Shown here: piece after piece, positions 1 through 13,541 of the stretch | How positions within the stretch are numbered: the stretch's first letter is position 1 | Layout: each line of letters opens with the position of its first letter | NCBI RefSeq assembly: GCF_038025025.1 | Contig: NW_027117344.1 | Location: 1,798,001-1,862,000, forward strand | Origin: Phyllosticta citribraziliensis | Taxonomy: Eukaryota | Direction: 5' to 3' | DNA length: 64,000 bases | Position numbers and translations under genes: made by a program | Notes under the pieces: generated by a model | Seen by the model: the letters and a program-made list of their open reading frames with translations, nothing else | Told to the model about the DNA's origin: nothing | The model's database searches: none

Positions 1-3000
1 CTGATGGTGGCGACTTTGAGGATCTCGACTCATCGTCCGAGCAAGAAAGCGAGACACAGAGACGTGACCGATGGAAATACCCTCTACAAGCCTTGGTATT
101 TGCTACCTCTTTTTCATGAAGAATTTTAGAACTGAGCACGTACACTCAGCGAGACCATCCAGATGACGACATCTCCCATTCGAGATCGTCTTCCCGGCAG
201 AGCGGATCAGAATTTGTCCCATACGAACCCCCGGCTCCTTTCGCATCTCCTTCCACCCCATGGAATGGCTGGGTAGACCCAAAAATTGCGCATTGGGCTG
301 ATATTCCAGCCCAATCCGCCGTTCTTTCAACGATATCTCAAGACTTGACACAGGGAAAGCAGCACAAGAGAGATCAGGATTTGGGCTCTCTTGCCTCGAA
401 AATTGGCCGGCTTGCGGTAGGATTGAGCATCTCTTGTCAAAAATTGTGGATCTTACAGTACTACTTTACAGCCAGACACATCAACGAGACGCGTGGAAAT
501 AACTGCACGACGAAGGGCACAAAACCGGCGTGCCGGAGAGCAGATGCGAGAGCGGCGGACACAACAGGAACATCAAGCGCGACAGGCAGAGCGAGAGCGG
601 GAACTACAGGAGCGTGTCTCAACGGAACAACTGCCTGTCCCAAAGTCATCGACGTTGCCAGCGACTTACTTTCGTGAGCACCGACTGTCTGGAATGCCAG
701 AAGCCGTCGATTCCAACCTTCTCATGAGAGAGCAAGCCAAGGCAATGCCCGCATACCCACACATCAACGCTTGGATGACCAAAGATGCCCCTCCAAGGAC
801 CCTTGATAACGTGAACGAGGAGCCCCTTACTGCCGATGGTTCAACACACGACAAATCTGCCGACAAAATTTGCGAAGGAGATGCCAGAAATATTGACTGG
901 AGAACCCAAATTTGCTCAACACTAGGAATTGACCAAAGGACTTCGGACGCCGACATCCTGGTTGCTCTCCAACAGGACCGCCAAATGAGGCCAAATCGCT
1001 CACCACTTGGACCTCAATTCAAGATACTCCACGAGGTCAATTGCAAGAACGACAAGAGCCGCTTGGTGTATGAGGACCTGCCTTATGTCGCGAATCCCGA
1101 AAGCCGTAAAAACCACCTACGCGGCCGGAAAATGATGTCCAACTATGACCTCTTCGTCGAGCGTCATCCTGGACTTTCATTCATCGTCTACAGGCAATTC
1201 GATTGCTGCCAGAAAGGCGTCGAAAAAAAGCCATGCAGAGAGGCCGAGCCAATTCAGTCAACGGACTCAATATCCCTGATTTCTAAAACCCTCATTTCGG
1301 TACTCAGAAAAGCAGCGAAAGCATCGAAAAGAGGTGAGCTTTACCCTGAATTCAACCACCGGAAAAGAATAGAAGCACCGTATCTATGGTTCTTTCATGA
1401 TTCCAAACACCTCCTGCAATATTTTATTTCGGACGGAGGTGCCAAGTATCGGTCACACCTTCATTGCTTCTTTCAGGAGTATATTTACAAGCACATGGTC
1501 AAGGAGTATGGTGAGGTTAGTTCCATGCTGTCAAATGGAATGATCTCTGAGAAGTACATATCCTACTTATTTGTGAGTACACTCACGGCCTGCGACCCAT
1601 CGAGGAGCTTCCTTGAAATCAGAATCAGGCATTTGATACTTCGGCTGACAGTGAAAAGACTCCTGGATGTGTAATACTGCAGCACGACGAGAAGAAGACA
1701 AACTTACATGATCGAGCCTTTCTTCAGCAGTTTTGGCCATCAAAATTTGTTGTCTCCAAGCTGGATGGAGACAAAGACAGTAGAGAACAGATGGAGCGAA
1801 TTTCATCAGAATTTACAGGTCTTTTCTGGGAATTTGACGGCAAGTTCCGTTGTTATAAACGTCAAATCACCTTCCAGTACGACATGGTTAAAGGGAGAGA
1901 ATTTAGGATACAAAGCCTGCCAATATTTCCGCTGTGCTTTGCAGACGAGAAAGACCTTCCAAGGTTGGAGGCCAGGGGCCGGAGCCTTTGGGAGTGCCGA
2001 AACAAGAAGCTGGTGTCATACAATGGATGGGACTTTTCACAGATTGACCACTTTGTAGGGCCGCTGAACACTTGTTTGCTAATAAACGGGGCTAAAAATC
2101 TCACAGAAAGACACTCGGATTATGGTTGACATGCAAACTTACAACAAACTGCACAAGGTGGAGTCAAGTCACCAAGCCCATGGGGAGTTGATCGAAGAGC
2201 TTGATTCCGATGCCATGAAGAGAGACCGACCACCCAAAGAGGAAAAGTTTTACCTCCTCATGCCCCCGAATACCTTTGGATTCGTGATGAGAGTGAGGAA
2301 ATGGCGTGAGTCCCTATCCCCCAGAGAAGCCTGAGTTGAGACTGAGCAGCCTGCAGACAATATCATGATCGAAAACATGTCTGAAGTACAGTGGGAGGAA
2401 AAGGCATTCGACTCGCTGGTCATGGAGCCTTCAACAAAGGAGCTGATCCAGGCGCTGGTGACAAGCGAGATTGAGGAATCAAAGACGACTGACCTCATGA
2501 GCGGCAAGGGCAACGGCCTCATCATGCTGTTGCACGGCGGACCCGGAACTGGCAAGACTCTGACGGCTGAAAGCGTGGCCGAATACACGAGAAAGCCACT
2601 CTACCGCATCACTTCCGGCGACATTGGGACAAACCCAGAGGCGGTAGAGAAGTACTTGGATGTGGTCCTCGACTTGGGCAAGCAATGGGATTGCGTCGTT
2701 CTGCTCGACGAAGCCGAAGTGTTCCTGCAGACACGCTCGCTGACAGATCTGGCCCGCAACGCCCTGGTATCCGTTTTCCTCCGCGTGCTCGAGTACTTCC
2801 AGGGGATCCTGATCTTGACGAGCAACCGCGTAGCGACGTTTGACGAAGCATTCAAGTCGCGGATCCAGCTGGCGCTGCACTATGAACCCCTGGGCAAGAA
2901 GGAGCGCAAACAAGTGTGGCAGAACTTCATCACGCGGCTGGAGACCCTGGACGGAGAGAACGTCGACGCGGCGGACTTGAAAGAGAACGTTGACAGGCTG

Positions 3001-3213
3001 GCCGAAGTCAACATGAATGGCCGCCAGATCCGAAATGCAATCACCACAGCGAGGCAGCTGGCCATGTTCAAGAGCAAGACCACGAAGACGCGAGTGGACT
3101 ACAAGACATTGGAGTATATCATCGGAGTCTCGCAAAAATTTGACAGCTACTTGATCCAGGTCAATGACGGTTGGACAGACGAGCGGATAGCGCGGGACGA
3201 AGGAGTGAGGTAG
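1..3213 (+). CDS. AAA+ ATPase (fungal family with long N-terminal region), 5'-truncated by the window edge, spliced
   Basis: Walker A GGPGTGKT, Walker B VLLDEAE, sensor ILTSN and SRI in ORF 2365-3213. Introns at 96-149, 417-471, 1573-1658, 2055-2106 and 2306-2356 join ORFs 345, 493, 1791, 2122 and 2365 into one frame that is open from base 3. Confidence 0.9.
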
Positions 3214-3461
3214 GAAGGGTTTCTAGTCATGGACGCCTTTGATCCGTCATTCAATTCATTGCTGTTTACAGTTTTCGGTCTGATATCCCATCTAATTCCA
3301 GTCTTTTTACCCTTTCTGATCTCGTTACCGAAAACAAATCATTTCAACGCCCAACCAGCAGACAATTTCCCATCATTACTCACGAACATGAAGAGAACAA
3401 GAAAATCCCATATACTATTCCACTAACTCCAAAACACAATCATGTCGTTAAACGCAAGGAC

Positions 3462-5754
3462 TCACCAGCTCAACTTCTCTCCAACACCCTTGACCCCAAA
3501 CATCCCCTTGCCCTCGCCTTTCCCCACAAGCTTCTGCGCCGCGACCACGCCTTGACCGATTGCGGCATCAACGACTGGCGCACTACCGCACGCGAGGACA
3601 AACGAATTCTTCGCGTCGCCGCTCATGCCGCGGACGAGCCGTGGAACCATGGAGCGCAGATCAGGTCGTCCAGCGAAATGGAGGTGGATGGCGGATGCTT
3701 TTGGGGCTATGGCAGAGTAAGGTGGGCAAAGAGTGGAAGCAGTAGAGGCGAGCGAGGAGAAGGAGGAATGTTTGGAGTGGCAAGGCTGGGGGACGCTCAG
3801 CAGCGGACGCGATGGTGCGAGCGTGGCGGCACGTTCGTCTGCCTTCTTCTCTTTTGACGGCCGCAGCGCATCTTTGTCGTCATCCTGATGCTTCCTCTTC
3901 GGTGATACAACGCCACTGGACCGCAGCGACGTCGTGGTCGCCGGAAGCACAGCCTCAGTCGACGACGCTGGCGCAGCTTTCTCCCGCGTGACGAATACGT
4001 CCAACACAAATCTCCCCCGCGACGCCGCCGCCGTCAACAGCGCCGCGTCCAGCTGCTCCCTCACCCAGGAGACTTGGTCCGCCTGCCTGACGATCCAGAC
4101 GAGCCGCACGTCCCTGACGCGGCAGCGGTGCGAGCCGTCGGCGCGTGCGAGCGCCATTTGGTTCGCCAGGTGCGTCGCCCATGGCAGCGTGAATGCAACG
4201 CCCGTTCCACTGGCGACGAGGACGACGCAGTCGTAGAGGCGGTGCACGGGGCCGAGATGGTCGCCGTAGGGGCCGTCGATGAAGCTACGCAGCTGAATTT
4301 TGGCAGGATTCTGTGACTCGACATCTGCGGATTGCGTTGAGTCGTCGACGGGCTTCTTCTCTGCAGACGATGTGGAGCTGGCGGCGGTGGATGAGGTTGC
4401 TGCTGAAGGGCATGCACGTCTGGCTCGTTCGGCCAGCTTATGCGTGAAGCCCTTTCTTTCGCCGATGAGAAAGACGAGCTCGTTTGCCTGTTTCGGACCG
4501 GGCAGGAGAGGATCATTCAGCGCTGGCATGGACGCAATGCTGAATGGATGATTGTCCTTGACTGAGATGCTTGGGATGCGGATGAACGCGTGTTGGCCCG
4601 CTTTCCAAGCAATGTTTTGCGGCACTCGCACGGTGACTCTCGTCGCATTGCCCGGCAAGGCTTCGATCGTCGTTTGAAAACCTCTAAGCTTCCCGTTTCG
4701 CAAGGCTGGATTTCGATGCGTCATTCGCAGGAGCGCTGACGCGGTCCAGAGCCCAGCTGCGACGTAGATGTATGTTGGAGACATGTATTCGCCGTGGATG
4801 TGCCACCAGAGCAGGCCGATGAAGCAAAAGGCGAGGAAGAAGTGGGTATAGGCGAAGAATTCGTAGAAGCGGGCACGAAAACACGGAATGGAGAATAGCA
4901 TCATCAAGAGAAAAATGAAGTAAAGCATGGTGCCAGAGAGCTGATTCTGTCAGTGTTGTGTGGTTGAGGAAGCTTCATGATAGTACGTACCTCGCGCTTC
5001 TTATCGATGAACAGTTGAGCTAAATGGTCGTAGCCTCCATCCTGGATAGGAGCCACAAAGTGCGGTATCTAGATTCGGTTAGCCAATATCTGAAATGACG
5101 CAGACGCAACATTACCATGTGCACCGTTGCCAGAGCGAAGATGAGTCCTCCAATATACCGGTGATAGATGTTCAGCCTCGCATAGCTGGAACCTGTCAAC
5201 ACTGTGATGACGTTGACTTTGCCTCCAAGGGCGACCAGGAGCGGCATCAAAGCCGAAATAATCATAGCACATCTGATGGAAAGCGGCGGGGATCCAAAGC
5301 GGAAACGGGAGCGAAGATAGGGAAGTTCTGGGAAGATGAGGCATGCTGTAAAGATTGTGCTCAAAGAGAGCAGTGCCAACACGCCGAAGGATGGAAGTCC
5401 CAACCTTCTCAGATGACGAGCAGAGAAACGGCGGTAGACCAAGGCCCGATACGAAGCCACAAGTCGGTGAGTCCACGAGGGAACATTGGACAAATTCGTG
5501 TTCCTCCGCCGTCTACTGTAGTAGATGGACATGCGTACTATATGGGCAAGGGTAAAGATCAAGACCCAGGTTCCCCAGTAGCAGAGCATCCACCAGCCAT
5601 AGTCGACCTGGCCCATCAAGGAAATTTGGTGCTCCGACTGGTTGAAGCCATCTGTAAAGGCTTTGCAAGATTTGTTTGTGCAGTGGGAGTTAGTGATTGG
5701 TAAATCTTCAAGACCAGTGCCCTCTGGCAAGGGTTCGTTGGGCCAGCGAGACAT
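3462..5754 (-). CDS. Ferric/cupric reductase (FRE/NOX-like transmembrane oxidoreductase)
   Basis: Heme-ligand His pairs (YHRYIG..VHM; YTHFF..WWHI), FAD motif HPFS, and NADPH motifs DGPYG and ASGTG. ATG at 5754 (MSRWPNE). Two introns near 4941-4990 and about 5069-5115. Confidence 0.9.
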
Positions 5755-6087
5755 GGGGAGCAAGTGACTGTACGAATGGAATCCAAGGGGCAAAGGGTAT
5801 GAAGACAAAAAAGGACGAGGAGAAACGTTGTGTGGCTCTGCGACGCGAAGACGATCATCTCTGAGAATATAACAAAGACGGCGGATTGGTGCAAGGATCT
5901 CCATAGGAGCGGTCATAGCCATGTACTAGGACATGCGCCAGGGGGTGAAAACCACAAGTCCCCTTCTCTTACCTTACTGTTCCTTGGCCTGCTCGGAATG
6001 TTGCTAAAAACCATCGCCTGTGTCATTGCTCGGACGATTGATCGAGTCAGTTCTCAAAGTATTGCCGGATTCGTTACTGTTCGTCTC

Positions 6088-6168
6088 GCAGCTTATTTTG
6101 CAGCTTGTCCTATAGCTTGGCTCGCGGCTTTTGCGGCTTATGTTGCGGCTTATCCTGCGGCTTATCTG
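6088..6168. repeat. Degenerate 12-bp tandem array, consensus GCGGCTTATNNT, about 7 units
   Basis: Read directly: GCAGCTTATTTT GCAGCTTGTCCT ATAGCTTGGCTC GCGGCTTTT GCGGCTTATGTT GCGGCTTATCCT GCGGCTTATCTG. Confidence 0.8.
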
Positions 6169-7778
6169 TCAACTCATCTGACGAATCGCCTCGTAGGTGG
6201 TTAGGCGACTGCATGAAAGACCGAGTGAGCCACGGATTTCTTTTCGCTGCGGCTTTGGCAGGTGTTGCGCAAAACCTTGGCTGTGGTGGAGATGTCGGAA
6301 CTAGGGGCCGTGCGCTTTCGCCCAGGTCTATCCGCACCATGAGACTGCGCAAACATGTGTCAACGCAGCTCGAAAGCTGGCGAGTGGCTAAGAAAAGAAG
6401 TGCTGAGCCCTCTGCGAATAGAAAAATTTACGGCCAGGACCCAGTGGTTGCCGAACGGTTCCGCCTTGATTGCGTGCGATGCGCTTCTGCTCCTCCGATC
6501 AAGACGTCAGTGTTGTCGCGATGGGTTCATCAGTGCTGGCGTGAATCTGTGGACATGTCTCGAAGCTAGTACTCTCATCGGACCTCAGACCATATTCGGC
6601 AGTTGTAATAGGCTTCGGAGACCATGTGAAAGGCGTTCGTACAGCTGGAGACTCCCTAGAAGCCGGCGATAGTCAACTCAATCTTCAGTCGAAACGGGAT
6701 CGCGGACATACATGGTGATATGGCCGCTCTCATTCCAGTTGCAGTCAAACCGAAAGCTTCTGCGGCGGGGCGGAGCCGAACACGTCTCTTGCGTACGCAA
6801 AAGAATGAACGTCTTGGCGCATCGAAAACGCGGCCATTTGCCTCGCTCTCACGGACGAAGGCAGCTTGCGTAGGCCTAGTCGAGTGTATCTGTGGCTAAG
6901 CAGTCGGTAAGCTTATAAATTGGCATACTCTTTATGCCGACGATTCAGACCTGCCGCCGAAACGTCAGCTTTGGACTGCTCAGGTGACGTTTGTAATCAG
7001 TCACTCAGGTCCAATTTTTCAAAAGCAATGTGTCAATTACTTCGAGCTTCATAGGTGGAGTCATCTTTAATCCACATTGAGGCGTCGCAACGAGTAGGGC
7101 TGAGACTCGACGAGGTTGTGAGCACATGGCGTGGCAAACTTGAGCCGCATGAAGTTTCTGCTTAGATAGGAAACTAAGAATGGCTTCAAGGTTACGGGAG
7201 GCGTCCGTAACCGCCCATCTGGCGAGGTTTTGGCCCTATCAAAGCACGGCTTTCGAATCTTGGCTTCAATTAGGAAACTTTGTCGTGTCATAGCATCATG
7301 GTGCAGCTGAACTTTCCGGCACTTGATCGGCACTTGGAGTAACGCTTGATTTTCAAAAGCAGCGCGGACCGTTCCGAAATTTGATGGCCCAAAGCCAGCC
7401 ATGAAAGATTCTTAGCTTGTTACACTCGATTGTAAATAGGGAAAGCGTTGGTGCATAATTTTTTGGTCTGCACTTGAGTTGGGTGATCATAGCCTTGTCA
7501 ACATCCGGTCTGCGTACGTATTGTCAACGCGTATCAAATATTCCGGAGAGTCGGTAAGGCGTTATCAAAGCGACTAGGGATCCGGAGTATAATTGCTCCA
7601 TTGACGCTGGGGTCCTTTCCACGTTTTCCGATGTCTTATTTTACCATGGGTGCGGTTGTAGCCGGCATCTGTTTCTATCGAGGACCAAAGCTCTTCAACA
7701 CGCCCCTTTTTCCTACCAGTACCGTAGATCTGGCCGATCATCATCAGAAACTTCTACGCGGTCAACCTTCGGGGCCAA

Positions 7779-9588
7779 TTAGTTCTTGACATAGAGGTCG
7801 ACATATTTGTCGACGTCCGTCTGCTCCAACTTGGTTTGGTCCATTCCAAGGTCGACGAGTTCGGAAACGCGGCCCTGCGGGAAGTGCGGGCCAAGGTGCC
7901 TCTTGTATTTTTCAAGGATGTGGGGTTTGGCCTCTTCTCTACGCAACTTGTGGCCAAGAGGAGCCTCGACAAGTTCTTCTTCGAGGACAGTGCCATCCTT
8001 GAGGCGGACCGTGAGGGCATTGGCAATCGTACGCTTCTCAGGGTCGTGGTAGTCTTTGGTGAACTGGGGATCCTCGACACAGCTGATGCGCTTGCGCAAA
8101 GACTCGAGGAGTTGGGAGGTCGCCGCCTCACTGCCATCCGTATAGTCCGAGGCTTCGAGCCTGCCAAAGACAAGCATTGTTGCCACCATGTACTGTGGTC
8201 TGTTAGTAAGTTGCCCGTGGCATCAACCAAACCCAAACTTACCTGAACACAGTGGTCACGGTCGGCAAAGTTGTCCATTGGCTTCAGCTGCTTGTCGATG
8301 ATGCGGATACAGGCCTCGTGGGTTCGGTTCTGGACAGAATCAATGTCTTCTGCACTCTTGCCTTGCGACTTGAGCTTCTTGTGAATACGCTCGGCGGCTT
8401 CAACTGCAGTCTGCGAGTGAAATTCGGCTACTCTGATCAGCATGTGGAATGGGAGTTTTGGGATTGTGATGACATACCTGGGTACGAGACCTTGAAGAGG
8501 ACATTCTCCATGATGTAGCTTCCATATGGCCTCTGGAACTGGAATTTTCCGCCGTTGAAGTTGACATCGTAGAAGCCCCAGGTTGGAGCAGACAAGACGG
8601 TTGGCATGCCACCCTCGCCCCTTAGTACCTTCAAAACGAGATTGACCGCCTTCTCACAAGCATCACCTGCGGCCCAAGACTTTCTCGACATTGTGTTTGG
8701 CGAGTGACGGTAGGTGCGCATAGACTGACCGTCGACCCAAGCCTGGGAGACAGCATCTCTAGTCTGAGCCTCCGTCAGGCCGAGCATCTTGGAGACGACG
8801 GCCGTCGAGGCAAGCTTGACCAAGACAACGTGATCCAGGCCAACCTTGTTGAACGAGTTCTCAAGGGCCATGACACCCTGAATTTCATGGGCCTTGATCA
8901 TGGCCTCGAGGACATCTCTGATCTTCAGAACCTTGCCATTGCCGAGCTTGCCACCAGCTCGGTTGGTTCTTGAAACCCAGTCGGCCACAGCAAGAATGGC
9001 ACCCAGGTTGTCCGACGGGTGTCCCCATTCAGCGGCGAGCCAGCAGTCATTAAAATCCAACCAGCGAATCATAGCACCAATGTTGAAGGCACCGAGGACG
9101 GGGTCGAGTTGGTAGGGTGTGCCAGGTACGCGAGATCCGTTGGGGACGGTTGTGCCCTCGACAACGGGGCCGAGGAGCTTTGTGCATTGGGGAAACTCGA
9201 GAGCTTTCAAGCCGCAGCCAAGAGTATCGAGAAAGACCCATCGGGCGGTGTCGAACTAGATTGTGTCTTTGTCAGGCGAAGCCAGGCACGTCGGAGAGAC
9301 GGAGCTTACAGCCAGGGCGGAGTCAACTTTGTAGTTGTGCACGTAGTTTGCGACGTCAACAATTTCAGGATCGAATTTGTTGGCGCTGGCCGGTACAGCA
9401 GTGGCATTATCGCGGAGAGTCGGCATTGTGGAGAATTTTGCGGATTGTGCAGGTCGAGAGGTTGGGGCGATGTGGGGAGCTGAGACGCTCAACAAGCCAG
9501 CAGGTTTAGCTAAGCTCGGAGCTTGGAGACGGCGAAAGCGGAAAGATGATGAAGCTTGACGACAAACACTGCGACTGAGGGCAGACAT
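7779..9588 (-). CDS. prpD: 2-methylcitrate dehydratase (MmgE/PrpD family), mitochondrial
   Basis: Motifs [46 protein letters not shown] and PLGHKLRR. Arg/Ser-rich presequence [11 protein letters not shown]. Three introns at about 9256-9309, 8431-8478 and 8195-8242. Confidence 0.95.
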
Positions 9589-9696
9589 GGTCAATTGGAT
9601 GGTTGGAAGAGAAGACGGTCCTCCCTGTGATGAGCCGAGCTAGGAAGAGCTCCAGATGTTGCGGGGTGGTTCAGTTGTTTGGTGTCGGCTAACCGA

Positions 9697-9702
9697 CCTC
9701 GG
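9697..9702. promoter_or_regulatory. CCTCGG, candidate FarA/FarB-type fatty-acid response element upstream of prpD
   Basis: Exact hexamer about 110 bp upstream of the prpD ATG. It is a single short site and could be chance. Confidence 0.35.
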
Positions 9703-10845
9703 GACGGGAATGACCTCAGGTCACCCCCGCTACCTTACCCCGAGCTGTGTCACGTGCGGCTGTGGGGACCCCGGTCTTCCCTTTCGAGCTTGAGCTTGAG
9801 CTTGGACGTTGGTTCCTCCAGGTCAGGTCAAATTTTCTGCCACGGCACTGGCTCCAATGCCCGTCAACCTCTCCCGTCAACTTTGTTATCCACGCCTCCT
9901 CCTTGCTCGTCCACCTCTGGACTGGTCTCTTCCTGGCATCACGCTGCCTATCGACATGGACTGGAATCGTGGAATCAAACTCGTTAGCGGAAAAAGTCCA
10001 ACCTGGACTTCAATTTGCATCACTGCTCCAAGGACGGACTGTAAACATGTTCTCGCAGCTGACGCTTGACCGGTTGCCCTAATATTCGACCCGCGGCTTG
10101 ACCCATTAGCCACACCTCCCTCGTCTCGTCGGACCCATACCTGGCAGCCTCATCAGAGTCTAGAATCCAAGGCTGACAAGTCCTTGATCACCGTCTTCCT
10201 TCCGTACAAGCCAAATGATCCGCACCCGCATAGCCGACTGACATGGCTTAGCAACGCCATTGTGCCATTGTGGATGCGATGCGCCTCAGGGACTCGATGA
10301 CCATGGGCGATAAGCTTGGTCTTGCCCTATCGGCGCGGCGCAGTAGTCATCTTGAATTATCTCGCAGTATCTCGGGACAATCAAGGCGCGTCCGTATCTT
10401 TGGCAGGCCGTAGACAGGATTACTGGCCCAGCCCAGCCAGCAGAGCCGCTATCAGTAGCCGGCTCCACACCGAGGCGACGGTGACGAGAACAGAACGGAG
10501 ACGTAGAGGTACACAAGTCGAGCGAGGTCGCGACGACGGGCAGCCATCGCAGGCGACGGCGAGGCGATTGGAAGCAGGTCAAGCGTGTAGGCTGAATGGT
10601 GAAGTGGATTGGGCGAGTCAAGGGCGGGGCCAGCCATGGTTGGGGCCGGGATGCCTGCGCCGCCGTTTATCGCCTCGCTCGCTCTTTTGCTGCGCGCGCG
10701 CCCACGACGAACGCCCTCGATTTCCCTCTCCATACGCCCATGCCTTGGTCCATTCTGCCCACGCTCGCAGTCCTCAGGCCTGTTCACTGCCTCTTGCTGC
10801 ACCCTCGCTCCATTCGCAGATAACAAGCCGAGACGCCGCGGCTAT

Positions 10846-13541
10846 ATGGCAGAAGCCATCACGATTCCTTCGCCGTCCGTCTTTCTCAGCTCGCCGGTGG
10901 AGTCCGCTTCACCTCACCCGCCCGTCACCACCATCATCTCCTCATCCACCACGCCGCCCCCGTCCGCCTCCCCCAAGGAGGCGCCTCGTCGCCGCTCTCA
11001 CGCCCCCAAGCCGAAGCCAACTGATGCCGCTCCCAACCCTCCCTCCAACGGCGTCACCAAGCGCAAGCAGTCCAAGAGCAGAAACGGTAACATTGACCCC
11101 GGGCTTATCGCCGGCGATAAGCTCTGCCCCACCTCTCACTCTCACCGTGACGGAGCTACAGCCGTCCATCCGCATCGCACCCACTCACTGACGTATTCGC
11201 CACAGGTTGCAGCACTTGCAAGGCCAAACGGCTGAAGTGCGATGAGACCAAGCCGACTTGCCAGCAGTGTGCGCGTCGAAGCGTCCCTTGCGGCGGCTAC
11301 AAGAAAGACTTCAAATGGCGGCCCTTTGAGGAGGCTAGCTTCACCGGCGCAAAACCGCCGCCGGCCAAGCAAGCAAAAGGTACAATGCCAGAGGTGTTGA
11401 AACCCGCCGTAGACTTGTTGCTCAATGTCATGCAGCATCCTCTCCGCCGAACGAAGCCCCAACTGCTGCCTCAGCAAACCCTCGGAGCCCACCTGTAGCT
11501 GCCGCCTCGCCGTCGGCATCACTGCCCAGCGATGTCCGCTTCGCTCCCCCTTTTGCTTCTACTCATCAGTCGGCTGCTCCTGTGCAGCAGTCAATGCTGG
11601 AATTTTCTTTTCCCGCCCCGGGCGCCTTTCCCCCGGGCTCTTCTCCCATCGCTGCTCATCCAGAGCCAGCTGCCATTGATCCCCTCGAGCCGGGGTCAAG
11701 CACAAGTACCACGAGTATGTTTAATGATGCCGATACGGTCGACACTGTCCATTCTGCAAACACGGCACTTTCCAGTCTGTCGTCCGGACAGTCTCCACGC
11801 CTAGTGGACCTGCTCTTACCAGGAACAGATCCAAACGCGCCGCCGCACGAGTACATGCCCTGGGAGGCCCAGTACCCCGGAGCCGACGCCATGTTTTCTC
11901 AACCCCACTTTCCTTTTGGCCCTGGCCCCAATGTTTTGGATGACGATGGGGACATTGAGGAGATCATGCGCCCGCTTGAATCTCATGCGATAAATCCGGA
12001 TCACGAAGCCTGGGTCATGCGTCTTCCAACTCCTTTGCCTTCTGTAGACGCTGGCCGGACAACTCCCAGACCTCCCGAACCTTTTCCGGCCTTTCTGCAC
12101 GAACCGCGCGTGGCCATGGACTCTCCGGAGATGACGGCCATGCTTTTCGACAGGCAAACTTGCGGGATCTTGTCCCTCAAGAATGGTCCATCGGAAAACC
12201 CATGGCGATTACTCATTTGGCCTCTTGCCCAGGAATCTCCAGCTCTGTTTCATGCCATTTCATCCATGACGAATTTCCACATGTCAAAGCAGAATCCGCG
12301 TCTCAGGGTCCTTGGAATCGAACACATGCGCTCTAGCATTGAACATCTTGCCACTGGAATCGGAAGCATGCATTTGGACGCGGCGATTGCCACGACGCTC
12401 GCTTTGGCTTTTGCTGAAACTTGGGATCAGCAAACTTCGACCGGTATTGATCACATCAAAGGAGCTAAGATTCTGGTTCAGCAGGCGCTTGCCCGCCATC
12501 GCAGAACTCCCGCGCAAGGTGAAAATCTTGCCAGATTCAAGTTCCTCTGCAACACGTGGGTGTACATGGACGTCACTGCTCGTTTGACGTCCATGGATGA
12601 CGATGAGTCGAATGACTTTGACGCCATCGCCTCGTTGTTTGCCGGTCCGTTTGAGTTCGAAGCACAGCTTGATCCGTTGATGGGCTGTGCGAGCACTTTA
12701 TTTCCGATCATTGGCCACGTTGCCAACTTGGTCCGTCGGGTCCGGCGGAGCGAGAGCAACTCACCTGCCATCATTTCGCAAGCCATGGAACTCAAGACGC
12801 AGCTCGAGGACTGGGTCCCTCAGGCGTACTTTGAGGTTCCAGAGGACCCGACGTCGCACATTCAGCACAGTCTTCAGACAGCCGAGGCGTACCGCTGGGC
12901 AACACTTCTCTACCTTCATCAAGCTGTCCCCGAGATCCCCTCTCTTTCCTCTGCCGAGCTCGCCAAAAAGGTGCTCATCTATCTTGCCACCGTGCCACTC
13001 ACCTCGCGTGCAGTCATAGTCCACATCTACCCGCTTACTGCGGCAGGCAGCGAGGCCACTGGCGAGGACCGCCAGTGGGTCCAAGATCGGTGGGAGTCCA
13101 TGTCGACTCGCATGGTCATTGGAATCGTCGACCGCTGTCTCGACATCTGCAAGGAGGTGTGGGCGCGACGCGATGCATACGACGCACGCATCCGGCCGAG
13201 GATGAAGGTGGCGACCAAGAGCAGCCAAATCAAGGGCTCCATCAGCCCCCGGGGCGACAGGCTTGACGAGCCGGTCCGGTGGAACGAGAACTTTGTCGGT
13301 GATCGTCGGAACCGGCGGCCGCCAGCCATGGGTCACTTTGACATGTCGATGCCGCTGAATGTCGAGAAGCGGCGGGCCCACGGTGGTGCCGAAGCTGGTA
13401 GTGGGATTGAGGATCGAGAGTATACAGTCAGGGGCCGACTGCATTGGCTGGGTGTCATGAAAGATTGGGGCTGGGAAGGTGAGTCAGAATCATCGACTTT
13501 GGTTGACGTCTGCTAACGCATTTGCAGTGCTTCTCGGATGA
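10846..13541 (+). CDS. Zn(II)2Cys6 transcription factor with fungal-specific C-terminal domain (possibly OefC-like)
   Basis: After removing intron 11087-11205 the protein reads SRNGCSTCKAKRLKCDETKPTCQQCARRSVPCGGY. Intron 11380-11435 joins to ORF 11582. Last intron 13479-13527 gives ...WGWEVLLG*. Confidence 0.92.

Noticed and set aside
6350..6700. Minus-strand peptide NHWVLAV resembling a Ulp1 protease motif, possibly a transposon relic
   Set aside because: Single short motif among stops, with no Asp/Cys catalytic motifs or terminal repeats.
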